A stretch of 64,000 nucleotides of DNA, from the NCBI RefSeq assembly GCF_001194135.2, contig NC_068987.1, forward strand, positions 7,635,968-7,699,967. Direction: 5' to 3'. The notes beneath the pieces were generated by a model that saw only the letters and a program-made list of their open reading frames with translations, was not told where the DNA came from and did no database searches. Every line of letters starts with the position of its first letter. The first letter of the stretch is position 1. Of this stretch, positions 13,051-26,333 are shown piece after piece. This DNA comes from Octopus bimaculoides (Eukaryota). A program made the translations under genes and the position numbers.

Positions 13051-13324
13051 CAGGCTTCTACACAGTTTCTGTCAATCAAATAATCAAATTCACTCACAAG
13101 GCATTGTCTGCCTGGAGCTACAGTGGAAGACACTTGCGCAAGGTGCCCAGCATTGAGATTGAACTTGAAATCATTTAGTTGTAAAGCAAGTTTGTTAACC
13201 ACACAGCCATGTCAGGGTGGGGTCGGGGTGGAGACAGTCAGACCGACAGACAGACAGACAGAGAGCAGGAGTGATGAGAAGAGAGAGATAGAGAGAGAGG
13301 CATAAAAAAAGAAGACAGATTTAC

Positions 13325-13532
13325 CTTTGAATTCAGCAACGTAGGCACACGTGCCATCGACTTTCTCTGTCAGAAGAGCAGTCTCCAGATTATGTCCTTT
13401 AGCATCCGGTCGCAACTTGTCAGTCGCTGACACCATGTACAATTGGTTAGAATGCTTGCTGCTTGGTTCATTTGTCACAGCAATTTCAAAGATACAGTTT
13501 AGTTTACTTTGGACAGAGCACAGTTTATCCAT
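13325..13532 (-). CDS. RLIG1: RNA 5'-phosphate/3'-OH ligase RLIG1 (C12orf29) orthologue, first coding exon
   Basis: MDKLCSVQSKLNCIFEIAVTNEPSSKHSNQ...LLTEKVDGTCAYVAEFK aligns to recalled human MKRLGSVQRKMPCVF...EPSSKREHQ...PTEKVDGTCCYV. Motif I lysine (EKVDG) is at residue 57 as in human. Acceptor TTTACAG before 13546, donor G/GTAAAT at 13325. Confidence 0.9.
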
Positions 13533-15725
13533 CACACCACCATGACCTGTAAATAAAACAAAAACAAAATGTGTTTAATCCTTTCTGTATTAACCCACCT
13601 AAGACCACCACCCCTGATTCATCATCATCATCATCATTTAACGTCCGTTTCCCATGCTGGCATGGGTTGGACGGTTTGAGTGGAAACTGGTAAACTAGGT
13701 GGAGCTGCACCAGGTTCCAATCTAATTTGGTAAGGTTCTTACGGTTGGATGTCCTTCCTAAGGCCAACCACTCTGAGAGTGTTGTGGGTGTGTTTTACCA
13801 TTGACCTGACACTAGCATCAGCCACAACTATGGTCTCACTTGGCTTCGCAGATTTACACAAGCATGGTACATCGCCAAAGGTCTTGGCCACCTGTCACTG
13901 CCTCCATGAGGCCCAACGCCCAAACAGTGCCTTTTACATGCCACTGGCATGGGTACCAGTCAGACAGCACTGGCATCGGCCACGACTACAATTTCACTTG
14001 GCTCCACAGGTCTTCACAAGCACAGTATATCGCCCAATGATTGAAAGGTGCAATTAACAGGTCAGTTACGTGACACTGGCATCGACCATAACTAAAATTT
14101 TATGAAACAAACTTCATGTTTGAAAGTGATCTAATTTCACTCTTTAGCATTTAGAATATTTTGGCAGGATATGGCCGGTTTAAATGCTAAAGGGTTAAAA
14201 ACTTTTTATCAAAATTTCATATGTTACGTAGTAAAGATTGTTTGCCAACATAACATGGCAGTCCTGGTTTAGGACGAATGTTGCTGTAATTTAACCCCAG
14301 GAGACATGTACACATCCAAGATTAGGATTCTTGATAAAGAGCAGAAATCAAACTGATTGAAAACACTGATTAGATCATCATCATCGTTATTATTGTCCTC
14401 ACCATCTTTTAATGTCTGTTTTCCATTTAAATATTCTGCGGAAACCTGTGTGGTCATGACAAAATATTACCTTGCTTGGAAACAGGTGAGGGTTGATGAC
14501 ATGAAGGGCATCCAGCTATAGAAAATTTGTCTCTGCACGTTCCGTCCAACTCATGTAGGCATAGAAAAGTGGACATTAAAAATGATAATGATGATGATGA
14601 TGATAACTCGTTTTATCCTTAGTTCCAATTACTCCAGTGAAGAAATTTAAGAAAAATAAAACAAAATCAAAACTGCATATGAAGCGTTTCTCAACTGCAA
14701 GCATTGTCAAAACCTGTCAACCAATCCACAAACAAAGAATACAAGAAGAATGGAATTGGCAATGTGGAACAAAAGCAGGGTAACTGGGTAACACAGGCTT
14801 TTTTCTTGTTTCTTTTAACTGATTCTTTAAAAGAGACCAAACTGCAGACAACACAACAACCCAGCAAACCAAGTGGAATTCTGCAAGCGTGCACACTAAC
14901 ACCAGCTGCTACATTCATCATCACTGCAGCAGGAATTGTGTCTATTTAACAAACAAGCAACAAAATAAATGCATAAATAGTTGTGGTTATTGTGTTGTTG
15001 TGGGTGGTGTTTTTATAGTTATTATTGTTTAATGTTAAAGGCCCTCATAGAAATAAACAAGATTTTCTGAAATTCATTCAGAGCAGCTGTCTAACCATTG
15101 TGTGCAATAATGGAAGCTGAAAACACTACATTTGAAAAAAAAAAAACAAGAAAAATCTTTAAAAAGAAGGGAGAGAGAAAAAGCCTTAGCGGCAACCACA
15201 CCAAATGCAGGATAAATAAAACAGAGCAACTCATAAGAATATGTCTGCACGCTGCACATTATAGATGCACTTTTTGAGATAAGATAAATCAAATGCAGCT
15301 GGTATAGAGCAGACATTGTTTCATTAGATGGAGTGAGTTGCTCAGTGTGAAATATGTGCAGAGAGAGAAGGTGAGAAGGGTGTTGACAGCAACAAGAACA
15401 ACAAGAAGAGCGAAGGGTAAGCAAAAGTCAGTGGGGGGGGGGGTACATATATAGATGCAATAACAGAGATAAAGCCTCGGTGAGTGTTTATTCTGCTTAA
15501 CCACAAATGTCATCATCACTCTTAATGTTGCTAATACAATGTCGTTCTTATTCTTTTTTTGCACGCACACACACACATGCATGCATGCACGCACGCGTGT
15601 GTGCACATGCATATACACACACACAGAAACACACAACACATACACACACATTACACACACAACACATACACACACATTACACACACAACACATACACACA
15701 CATTACACACACAACACATATTAAA

Positions 15726-15955
15726 GGCGACGAACTGGCAGAAACGTTAGCACGCCGGGCGAAATGCTTAGCGGTATTTCGTCTGCCGCTACGTTCTGAG
15801 TTCAAATTCCGCCGGGGTCGACTTTGCCTTTCATCCTTTCGGGGTCGATTAAATAAGTACCAGTTATGCACTGGGGTCGATGTAATCGACTTAATCCGTT
15901 TGTCTGTCCTTGTTTATCCTCTCTGTGTGTAGCCCCTTGTGGGCAATAAAGAAAT
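15726..15955 (+). mobile_element. tRNA-derived SINE family D (head GGCGACGAACTGGCAGAAACG, B-box GAGTTCAAATTCC)
   Basis: Full length, tail ending GCCCCTTGTGGGCAATAAA. Other copies at ~10575-10782, 18278-18640, 28405-28600, 47950-48150, 61415-61555. Confidence 0.85.
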
Positions 15956-15959
15956 AATA

Positions 15960-15994
15960 CACACGCATAGGCACACATACACAGGCATACACAT

Positions 15995-16030
<36 letters not shown>

Positions 16031-16335
16031 ACACACGCACTCATGCATGCGTGCACACACACATTCCTACACACATACACACATATGCACACACATACAG
16101 ACATGAACACACACACAGGCATACACACACACACGCACATATACACACATGCACGCACGTGCACACATACACACACATATGCACACACATGCACACATAC
16201 ACACACACACATACACACAAGCACTCATGCGCACACACATACACACATATACACACACACATACACACACAAGCACACATACACATATACACACACATAC
16301 CCCCACAGACACACATATCCACACACACACATACC
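15960..16335. repeat. Degenerate (CA)n tract
   Basis: Source of the HT-repeat ORFs. Confidence 0.9.
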
Positions 16336-16444
16336 CCCTCTATCTCGTATCTTTTACGTGTTTCAGTCATTAGATGGTGGCCATGCTGGGGCACCACCAG
16401 GAAGGATTTTAGTTGAACGAATCAACCCCAGGACTTATGCTTTT

Positions 16445-16757
16445 ATGTACTTCGGTGTCAGCTGTTCACTCAGTGACCTAAGGTAACACCTCTTATTTTT
16501 CGAGCACCATCTGGAGTATTCAAGCGATTCCAAGCAGTGCCATTTTCTGCAAGTGCTCCACCCCTATTGCAGCCCCTATTTGTTCCATGTACTTCTCGAG
16601 ATTTTTGCTCACTGTTCCCAGGGCTCCAACAATTATTGGTACTATTACCACTACCAGCTTTTTCATCGACCACAACTGCTTAACCTCCCAAGCTAACCTG
16701 TTATATCTCTCGACTTTTCTTTCTTCCTTATCACAAACCTTGTTGCCAGCTGGGCAT
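16445..16757 (-). mobile_element. R4/Dong-type non-LTR retrotransposon 3' fragment (restriction-like endonuclease C-terminus)
   Basis: KEERKVERYNRLAWEVKQLW...VPIIVGALGTVSKNLEKYMEQIG...LQKMALLGIA*ILQMVLEK*; one internal stop. Confidence 0.8.
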
Positions 16758-16774
16758 TTATTATTATTATTATC

Positions 16775-16829
<55 letters not shown>

Positions 16830-18388
16830 ANNNNNNNNNNNNNNNNNNNNNNNNNNNNNNNNNNNNNNNNNNNNNNNNNNNNNNNNNNNNNNNNNNNNNN
16901 NNNNNNNNNNNNNNNNNNNNNNNNNNNNNNNNNNNNNNNNNNNNNNNNNNNNNNNNNNNNNNNNNNNNNNNNNNNNNNNNNNNNNNNNNNNNNNNNNNNN
17001 NNNNNNNNNNNNNNNNNNNNNNNNNNNNNNNNNNNNNNNNNNNNNNNNNNNNNNNNNNNNNNNNNNNNNNNNNNNNNNNNNNNNNNNNNNNNNNNNNNNN
17101 NNNNNNNNNNNNNNNNNNNNNNNNNNNNNNNNNNNNNNNNNNNNNNNNNNNNNNNNNNNNNNNNNNNNNNNNNNNNNNNNNNNNNNNNNNNNNNNNNNNN
17201 NNNNNNNNNNNNNNNNNNNNNNNNNNNNNNNNNNNNNNNNNNNNNNNNNNNNNNNNNNNNNNNNNNNNNNNNNNNNNNNNNNNNNNNNNNNNNNNNNNNN
17301 NNNNNNNNNNNNNNNNNNNNNNNNNNNNNNNNNNNNNNNNNNNNNNNNNNNNNNNNNNNNNNNNNNNNNNNNNNNNNNNNNNNNNNNNNNNNNNNNNNNN
17401 NNNNNNNNNNNNNNNNNNNNNNNNNNNNNNNNNNNNNNNNNNNNNNNNNNNNNNNGGGGAGGGAGGAGGAGGGGAGGCGGATGGGTGGAGGAGGAGGGGA
17501 GGAGAAATCTCATCATCATTGTATAACATCCTTAAGGAAAATGATTATAGAGAACTAATATACACAACTGTTCCAATAAGCCTAAAGAAACAGAAACAGG
17601 AAATTCATACTTGAAACTACATCAAAGAATAGAGCTTACTGTGATTGATATTGAAGGTCAAAGAGTAACGAGTGAGCGGCTGGAGGTTATCTAAGTACAT
17701 TAATCAAGCTACATCGTCTGTGATAAACAGAGAGAGAGAGAGAGAGAGAGTATACCAATATAAATTGCACTGTAATAAAAAGGTCTTTATCATCGGTATA
17801 CTAATAAGACCAACTCATTTGCTAAACAGGCACGCTCAGCTTTGGTACTTTGATAACAAGGAAAATCGTTGTTGGGCAGCCCTGAGTCCGTTCTTATTGA
17901 ACAGACCTGGGATTAAAAGCATTCCTTTCTGATATTTTAGGGTTACATATCACTACTGTATTCAATATAATTTTTCTGCTCCCTAGAGAGTAGAATGTGT
18001 TTTGCCGAAGATGTGATTTAGCTGGTGTTTCTAGCAAGTCAAGTGACCACACAGGAGCTCACTCATTGGGAATTATAACTGAAGGGTACCTGAGTATATA
18101 CTGAGTGATCTCACAACTCTTTTCGTACCAACCCACCAGAGACTGATACCAGTTCTATCATACAAAATTCCTGTTTTCAAGCGATCTAAATCTAAAACCT
18201 TCCATCAAAATTTCACATTAATTTCCTGCAAATACCAGCTTAATATCAACAAAGATATTTTAATTAATTCTTAATTAAGGTAACGAGCTGGCAGAATCGT
18301 TGGAAAACCAGATAAAATGCTTAGTGGTATTTCATTCATTTTTATGTTCCAACTTCAAATTTTGCTGGGGTCAACTTTGTCATTCATC

Positions 18389-18556
18389 CACTAGCGTAGC
18401 TAGGGGAGAGTGATAGGGGGCAGTCCACTCTGGGCGGCACTTTTAAAGGGGCAGCACTTTTGGGTCTGCTGTAGGCATTATGTGTATTTTTGTGGGGTCC
18501 GGGGATGGTAAATGGCAGGACCACCCCAGGTAGCACACACTCTAGCTATGCTAGTG
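18389..18556. mobile_element. GC-rich MITE (TIR CACTAGCGTAGCTA / TAGCTATGCTAGTG) inserted into a family D SINE
   Basis: 14-bp TIR with one mismatch; SINE D sequence resumes on both sides. Confidence 0.7.
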
Positions 18557-18789
18557 TTTTCATTCTTTCACAGATGATAAAGCAAGTATCAATTCAGCTC
18601 TAGGGGTCGATGTAATAAACTTAAACCACCACCCACCCCAATCCCACCCCCAAAAAAACAAATTACTGGCCTTGTGCTAGAATTTTAAACTAAAATTAAT
18701 TGAAACAAAAAGAAAATATAATAGAATAATCGTAACAAAAGGGTCCTTTTTTTTTTATGAAGTCCCAAACAAGGCGAGTGTGAGGATGA

Positions 18790-19135
18790 AATTGAGACAA
18801 AATAAGGAAAAATTAAGACAAAAAGAGAAATTAAGGCAAAAGAAAGGGAAATTAAGGCAACAAAAGGTGAAATTAAGGCAAAAGAAAGAGAAATTAAGGC
18901 AAAAGAAGGAGAAATTAAGAGCAAAAGAGAGAAGTTAAGGCAAAAGGAGAGATTAAGACAAAAAATAAAGAAAAATTAAGGCAAAAGAAGGAGAAATTAG
19001 GCAAAAAATAAAGAAAAATTAAGGCAAAAGAAAGAGAAATTAAGGCAAAATAAAGAGAAATTAAGGCAACAAAAGGTGAAATTAAGACAAAAGGTGAAAT
19101 TAAGGCAAAAGAAAGAGAAATTGAGGCAAAAGAAA
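18790..19135. repeat. 19-21-bp purine-rich minisatellite (AAATTAAGGCAAAAGAAAGAG-like)
   Basis: About 16 degenerate units. Confidence 0.85.
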
Positions 19136-20809
19136 TTAATTTACTTTAGATTTGAAGGAGTTCAGGTTATAAAAAGAAAGGAAAAAAATGGGATGGAAGA
19201 GAGTCCCAAAGTCTGTCAGTTTGAGGGAAAACGCTACGACCATAGAAAGATTTTGTTATTTGTAAACCAGGTGAGATAAATAAAATAGAACTTCTTTTTA
19301 AGTGTGTCAGAAAATTGTGAAACTGAATTCATGTCCTTTCAAGTAATACTAATTAACTTGCAATTTTTTGTGTCAATGTTATACTAAACTAGTGTATATC
19401 TATAGATTCTCAACCAACAATACTAACACATGAACACAAATATATGCACATATCATACCATTGTGATTTAACATCCGGCTTTCATGAGGGCAAAGACTGG
19501 ACAGTTTGACGAGATTTCACAAGTCAAAGGACTGTGTGGGTGTCACGCTCCAATACCTCTTGTTTACTTCTTAAACTTTTTTTATGTGTTTCACTCATTG
19601 AACTGTGGCCATGCTGGGGCATTGCCTTGAAGGGTTTTATTCAAACGAGTCAACTCCTGTACTTATTTTTTTTTAAATGCCTGGTATTTGTTCAATCAGG
19701 TTTTTTTTGTTCTTTTTTGTTGAACAGCTAAGTTATGGGTACATGAACAAACCAACACTAGTTATCAAGCAGTGGTGGGGGACAAACACACACACACAGG
19801 TCATCATCCTCATCATCATCATCATCATTGTTTAACGTCCACTTTCCATGCTGGTATGGGTTGGACGGTTCAACTGGGGTCTAGGAAGCCAGGAGGCTGC
19901 ACCAGGCTCCAATCTGATCTGGCAAGGTTTCTACAGCTGGATGCCCTTCCTAATGCCAACCACTCTGAGAGTGTAGTGGGTGCTTTTACGTGCCACCAGC
20001 ACAGGGGCAAGTGTGTGTGTGTGTGTGTGTGAGTAAGTTTGTGTCTTTAAGGTTGTATTTGTGGTTCGTATCTCTTATCAATTAGTGTTAATTTGTTTAT
20101 GTCCATAATTTAGCAGCAAAAACAATGAATAGAACAAATACCAAACTTCAAAAAATAAGTATTGTGGTTGATTTGTTCTGCAAAACTTTTCAAGGAGGTG
20201 CCCCAGCATGGTCACAGTCCCATGACTGAAATGAGTCATAGATAAAAGAATATAAGGGACAGGTTACAAGTGTATGCGAGTGACCCCTTGTCTCAACAAA
20301 GTTTAACAGTAGTAAACAATTGCCGTGGCACATACCGGTGTCATGCAAATTCGCACCCATGCCAGTGGCACATAGAAGCACTCAAGTGTCATGCAAATGG
20401 CACCGACGCCAGTGGCACACAAAAGCACCCATTACACTAATGGAGTGGTTGGCATTAGGAAGGGCATCCAGCCATAGAAAACCATGCCAAATCAGATAAT
20501 GTTCTGTAAAGAATAAGTCCTGGAGTCAATTCGCTCGACTAAAGGCAGTGCTCCAGCATGGCCACAGTCAAATGACTGAACAAGTAAAAGAATAAAAGAA
20601 TATCATTAACCATTTTGACACCAATCTGTCCAATACTGTTCCTGGTTCTATGAAAGAAACCTCTTGTTTTAAAGAAAACCAAATTCAAACCAAATTCCAT
20701 CTGAATTTCCTGTTAATTTATCTTCTAAAACCAGATTAATACAGTTGAAGTTATCTTACTAAATTCTTCACTATTTTCAGAATCATTTGAAACAGAGGCA
20801 ATGCATATC

Positions 20810-21246
20810 AGCACCGTCCGAGCATGAACGTTGCCAGAGCAGCTGTCTGGCTTCCGTGCCAGTGGCACGTAAATAGCACCATTTGAGTGTGATCGTTACC
20901 AATGTCACCTTCCTGGCACTTGTGCCAGTGACACATGAAAAGACATTCGAGCGAGATCATTGCCAGTACCCCTGGACTGGCTCCTGTGCAGGTGGCACAT
21001 AAAGTACACCATTTCAAGCGTGGCTGTTGCCAGTACCACCTGACTGGCCTTCGTGCCGGTGGCACGTAAAAGCACCCACTACACTCTCGGAGTGGTTGGC
21101 GTTAGGAAGGGCATCCAGCTATAGAAACTCTGCCAGATCAGATTGGAGCCTGGTGCAGCCACCTGGTCCACCAGTCCTCAGTCAAATCGTCCAACCCATG
21201 CTAGCATGGAAAGCGGACATTAAACGATGATGATGATGATGATGAT
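20810..21246 (+). mobile_element. Family C element (RTE-like 3' end TTAGGAAGGGCATCCAGC...GGACGTTAAAC(GAT)n) with internal TGCC.GTGGCACGTAAAAGCACC subrepeats
   Basis: Other copies at ~10065-10280, 12700-12895, 13615-14060, 19810-20005, 20330-20490, 21810-21965, 50760-50912. Confidence 0.8.
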
Positions 21247-22013
21247 TCTAACAAAAGGGTTAAAAATATTATTGTGACCTTTTTTCGGTCATTTGAATGT
21301 TGGAAAAGATGCCATTTCTTTTGCCTCGTTCTGTTTTGCTTTTCTATAAGTTGAGCATTTTTCTTTCAGTGAATTTATTTTCTATTTTCTACTCAATAAT
21401 TGTTTGTTTGTGATGTTGTAGAGAGATATTTATGTAATTTAGTTCATATATAAAAAAATAATAAAAAAAAAATATTAGACAGATAAGCTAATTGAAGCAT
21501 CCACTTGAAATCTGTAAAGCTTGAAGATAAAAAAAAAAGATTTTATTTATATAAAAAAAAAAAAAATTCTACTTCACTTCAAAATAACATTACTGATTGT
21601 AGAACTTTCTCTTGATATAACCATCTTGTCTCCAAATAGCATAGCAATCATCATCATCATCATTATCATCATCATCATCATTCTCATCATCATCATCTCC
21701 ATCATTGTTTTAATGTCCACTTTTCCATGCTTACATTGGTTGGACTAGAAATAATAATAAATTCTCGTATACTCCATCTTCCATTTGTCATATATATATA
21801 TGTCATCATCATCATCATTGTTTAACATCTGCTTTCCATGCTGGCATGGGTTGGACGAATCAACTGAGGACTAGCAAACCAGATGGCTGCACCAGGCTAT
21901 CTGATCTGGCAGAGTTTCTACAGCTGGATGCCCTTCCTAACGCCAACCACTCCGAGAGTGTAGTAAAATGTTCTCTGCACATTGTCAGTGTTTATTGCTC
22001 CTAAGCATCTGGC

Positions 22014-22059
<46 letters not shown>

Positions 22060-23059
22060 GTAAATACGATAGGCTTCATTCGGTTTCCCTCAACCAAATC
22101 CACTCACAAGGCTTTGGTTTTTGGCTTGAGAATAAAGTAGAGGAAAGTTGGCTAAGATGCAACACAATGGGGGAACCAAAACAAAACTTCTGAGGCTACA
22201 GAGCAAACTGTTCAACTACACAGCCTCTTGGTACCACGTAAAAAGCACCCAGTACACTCTGTAGAGTGGTAAAGGTAAAGTTAATAAAGTTAATACTGAC
22301 TCATAAGGGCCGGTTTCCCAGTTTTATGGCATATGAATTCCCCACCTGGACAAGATACTGGTCTGTCACAGGGTTAGTCATTTTTGCTAGCTGAGTGGAC
22401 TGGAGCGATGTGAAATGAAGGGTTTTGCTCAAGGATACAATGCATCACCTGGTCCAAGAATTGAAACCAGAATCTTACGATCATGAGTCCAACACTCCAT
22501 AACCACTAAGTGATTGTGCCACCCCTGTAAAGTGGCTGGCATTAGGAAGGGTATCCAGCCATAGAAACCATGTCAAAACAGACAATTGGGGCCTGGAGCA
22601 GCTCTAGCTTGCCAGCACCTGTCGAACAGTCCAACCCATGCCAGCATGGAAAATGAACGTTAAATAATAATGATGGTGAGCTATCACTACAGCTAAACAC
22701 ATCTACACACCAAGAGCTTCTTTATATTTTCCTATGTACTAAATTTCACTCACAAAATATTGGTAAACTCAAAGCTACAGAAGAAACCATTTGCCCAAGT
22801 TGTCATGCAATGGAATCGAACCTACAAACCACATGCCCGTGGTTCAAACATCATAACCAGGCAGCTATCCCAACGGCTCTCTATAGTTTTACATTCCAGC
22901 AAAAGAGATGTAGTTTGCACACTTACGTTTGTTTGTTCATTGTTTCTGATAAATAGACGTCGCTGGTTCTTCAACCACACAAAAAGGGAGTTGTCTATCG
23001 CCATTCAAACTTACTTAGGCATGCACAGATACGTGTTTTAGAGATGGAGGAAGTAAATT

Positions 23060-23343
23060 TCATCATCATCATCGTTTAACGTCCGCTTTCCATGCTAGCA
23101 TGGGTTGGACGATTTAACTGAGGACTGGTGAACCAGATGGCTACACCAGGCTCCAATCTGATTTGGCAGAGTTTCTACAGCTTGGATGCCCTTCCTAACG
23201 CCAACCACTCTGAGAGTGTAGTGGGTGCTTTTACATGCCACCCGCACGAAGGCCAGTCAGGCGGTACTGGCAACGGCCACGCTCAAAATGGTGTATTTTA
23301 TGTGCCGCCCGCACAAGAGCCAGTCCAGGGGCACTGGCAACGA
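23060..23343 (-). mobile_element. Family C element
   Basis: Reverse complement of the 3' part of 20810-21246. Confidence 0.8.
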
Positions 23344-24719
23344 TAGATATTAATTTGTTGAAGGCTTAAATATTATGACAAAGATAACGTGCAGAAGATC
23401 TATAGTTAACGTGCAGACTGTAGGATCACACGTATAGAATATAGAGAGATGAGAATCTTCGAGCGATTGAAATTACCCATGCAATTAATAAATAAAGCTG
23501 TCTTTCGAATGTTAAAGATTTTTTTAACCATGACCAACAAGGGAAATAACTCTAATATAATCAGTTAAAGGGAAATTTTGTAGAATATGGACAATGCACA
23601 TGGGGGATGGATCCTAACAATTTAGAGTTATCTCCCTTGTTTTTTTTTTTTTTCGTTATTGATTTTAAACATCTCGAGAGGGAGATTTTGGTAGCTAATA
23701 GTGTGGATAATATTTGATCGAAAATTTTCAAAACATGTTACATATATGAGATCCTATCACGCTTGGGTTTCGTAATAGAGAACGTCACTCTGGAGTATCC
23801 CCCCCCATCCCAGCCGTTATATAAGCTAAGTCTAAATGTTAATTTCTGTTGAGGTTAGATATAGTTAATTAGTTGATTATATGGATGTTCAATACATTAC
23901 TGGTGCTGATTTTACTGATCCTTGTGGATTAACCTTCAAAATNNNNNNNNNNNNNNNNNNNNNNNNNNNNNNNNNNNNNNNNNNNNNNNNNNNNNNNNNN
24001 NNNNNNNNNNNNNNNNNNNNNNNNNNNNNNNNNNNNNNNNNNNNNNNNNNNNNNNNNNNNNNNNNNNNNNNNNNNNNNNNNNNNNNNNNNNNNNNNNNNN
24101 NNNNNNNNNNNNNNNNNNNNNNNNNNNNNNNNNNNNNNNNNNNNNNNNNNNNNNNNNNNNNNNNNNNNNNNNNNNNNNNNNNNNNNNNNNNNNNNNNNNN
24201 NNNNNNNNNNNNNNNNNNNNNNNNNNNNNNNNNNNNNNNNNNNNNNNNNNNNNNNNNNNNNNNNNNNNNNNNNNNNNNNNNNNNNNNNNNNNNNNNNNNN
24301 NNNNNNNNNNNNNNNNNNNNNNNNNNNNNNNNNNNNNNNNNNNNNNNNNNNNNNNNNNNNNNNNNNNNNNNNNNNNNNNNNNNNNNNNNNNNNNNNNNNN
24401 NNNNNNNNNNNNNNNNNNNNNNNNNNNNNNNNNNNNNNNNNNNNNNNNNNNNNNNNNNNNNNNNNNNNNNNNNNNNNNNNNNNNNNNNNNNNNNNNNNNN
24501 NNNNNNNNNNNNNNNNNNNNNNNNNNNNNNNNNNNNNNNNNNNNNNNNNNNNNNNNNNNNNNNNNNNNNNNNNNNNNNNNNNNNNNNNNNNNNNNNNNNN
24601 NNNNNNNNNNNNNNTATATATATATAATGCAGATTGTTTCTTCTATCGTTTACAAACTGTAAGCGTGGATTATAAGATACATGCATGGACTCCACAAATG
24701 TCGACACTTACATTATAAA

Positions 24720-25880
24720 TATTTATAAAAGCACAGATATACACAGAAGAAAAGTAGAAATAGGAAGACAGAAATAATTAAAGAGAGAGTAAAAATTTTT
24801 AAAAAAACAAGGAAACAGAGGACGGAATAAAGGTAAATGGCAAACAGGGAGAGAAGAGTAACGTAGACTAAAGTCGAAATACTAACAGTCTTACAGCAAC
24901 TTCGGGGCGATCAGTTGAGTTCCATAAGAAATCGAAGCATTAAAAAGAATGTGTTGAAAGCTGACGAGACGGTCCGATTTACAAGACGGCTTCTAGAAAA
25001 CAACGATTGCGTGGGTTGTGAGAAAGAGAGTGAAGAGATCAAACAAAGACAGAAAAAAAAGTGTAGAGTAATAGGACGAAAACAGAGAGTGTAACACAGA
25101 AAAGAGGAAGTGAGAGAAAGAGAAAGCGCTTTATTAAAGAGGTATGTAGAGAGAGAGAGAGAGAAGTAGAAACAGACTGAGAGAATGAGGGAAAGGAGAA
25201 ATATAAGAACAAAAAGGAACGAGAGGAAACTAAAAGAATTACGGACAATTAAATAAAACGAGGGGAAATAGATAGGGTTAAAGATGTAAAGCGAAAAGGA
25301 CGAAAGAGGAGAAAGAACATATATATATATATAAAGGATGAAGAGAGAAAAGAAGAACGAGGAGGAAGAATATGCAGGAGAATGAGGGAAGAAAAAGGGG
25401 AAAATGAAAGAGAAAGTAGGGGTACGGGTAGAGTGAAAGAAGACAAACGAGGAGAGATGAAAGACGGATAAATGAATGGAGAAAGCAGAAAGTTTAGGCG
25501 ATAAAAGAGAGACTGAATGGAGAGAGAGAGAGAGAGAGAGAGAGAAAGAAAATACGAAAGAGGAATTGATGCGAATAAGAGAAATCTACGAAAAAATACA
25601 CAACAGTGGAAAAGGATCTAATATTATATGAATTGCAAAAATTTAAATGATATCAATTAATGGACAGTGTAAAAATGAAAGAGAGAAAGAGGGGGAAAAG
25701 GGAAGAGAGAACAGTGAAAGAAATGAGAATTTACAGAGCGAAAGGGGAAGAAGAAGAAGAAAAGGGGGGGAGAAGAGATGGAAACCAGAAAACTACGAAA
25801 AGTGAATGAAAAGGAGACAGATGTACATGAGAAATAGAAAGTGAAGGGCAAATGGAATGAAAGAAAAAAGAAGTCAGAGA
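24720..25880. repeat. Long purine-biased (GA-rich) low-complexity tract
   Basis: Strong A/G strand bias over about 1.1 kb. Confidence 0.7.
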
Positions 25881-26300
25881 AAGTCATATGTTTGTGTGCA
25901 AACAGGAAATTCGATAGACACAGAAAAACAGAACATTACGAAAGATATCTAAGAAATATAAAAACATATATTCATATACATATATCATATTATATACAAA
26001 AACATATATTCATATACATATATTATATCATATTATATTATATTATATTATATGCACACGCATACACAGATATCAAGGTATGAGTGACCGGATAAATTCC
26101 TGTAAAGTTTAAAAGAAAACGATTATGAATGCATGTGTTTGTGTATAAATGTGAGTCTATCTATGATTGTCTGTGCGTGTGCCTAAGCGTGGTAATATGT
26201 GTTACTTAGGTTTTTATTTACGTAAAGCACTGAATTACGTCGGCATATAAAAGCTGTATTGTTAAAATATGCTGTGAGAAATACAATAGAAATGTACCAG

Positions 26301-26333
<33 letters not shown>

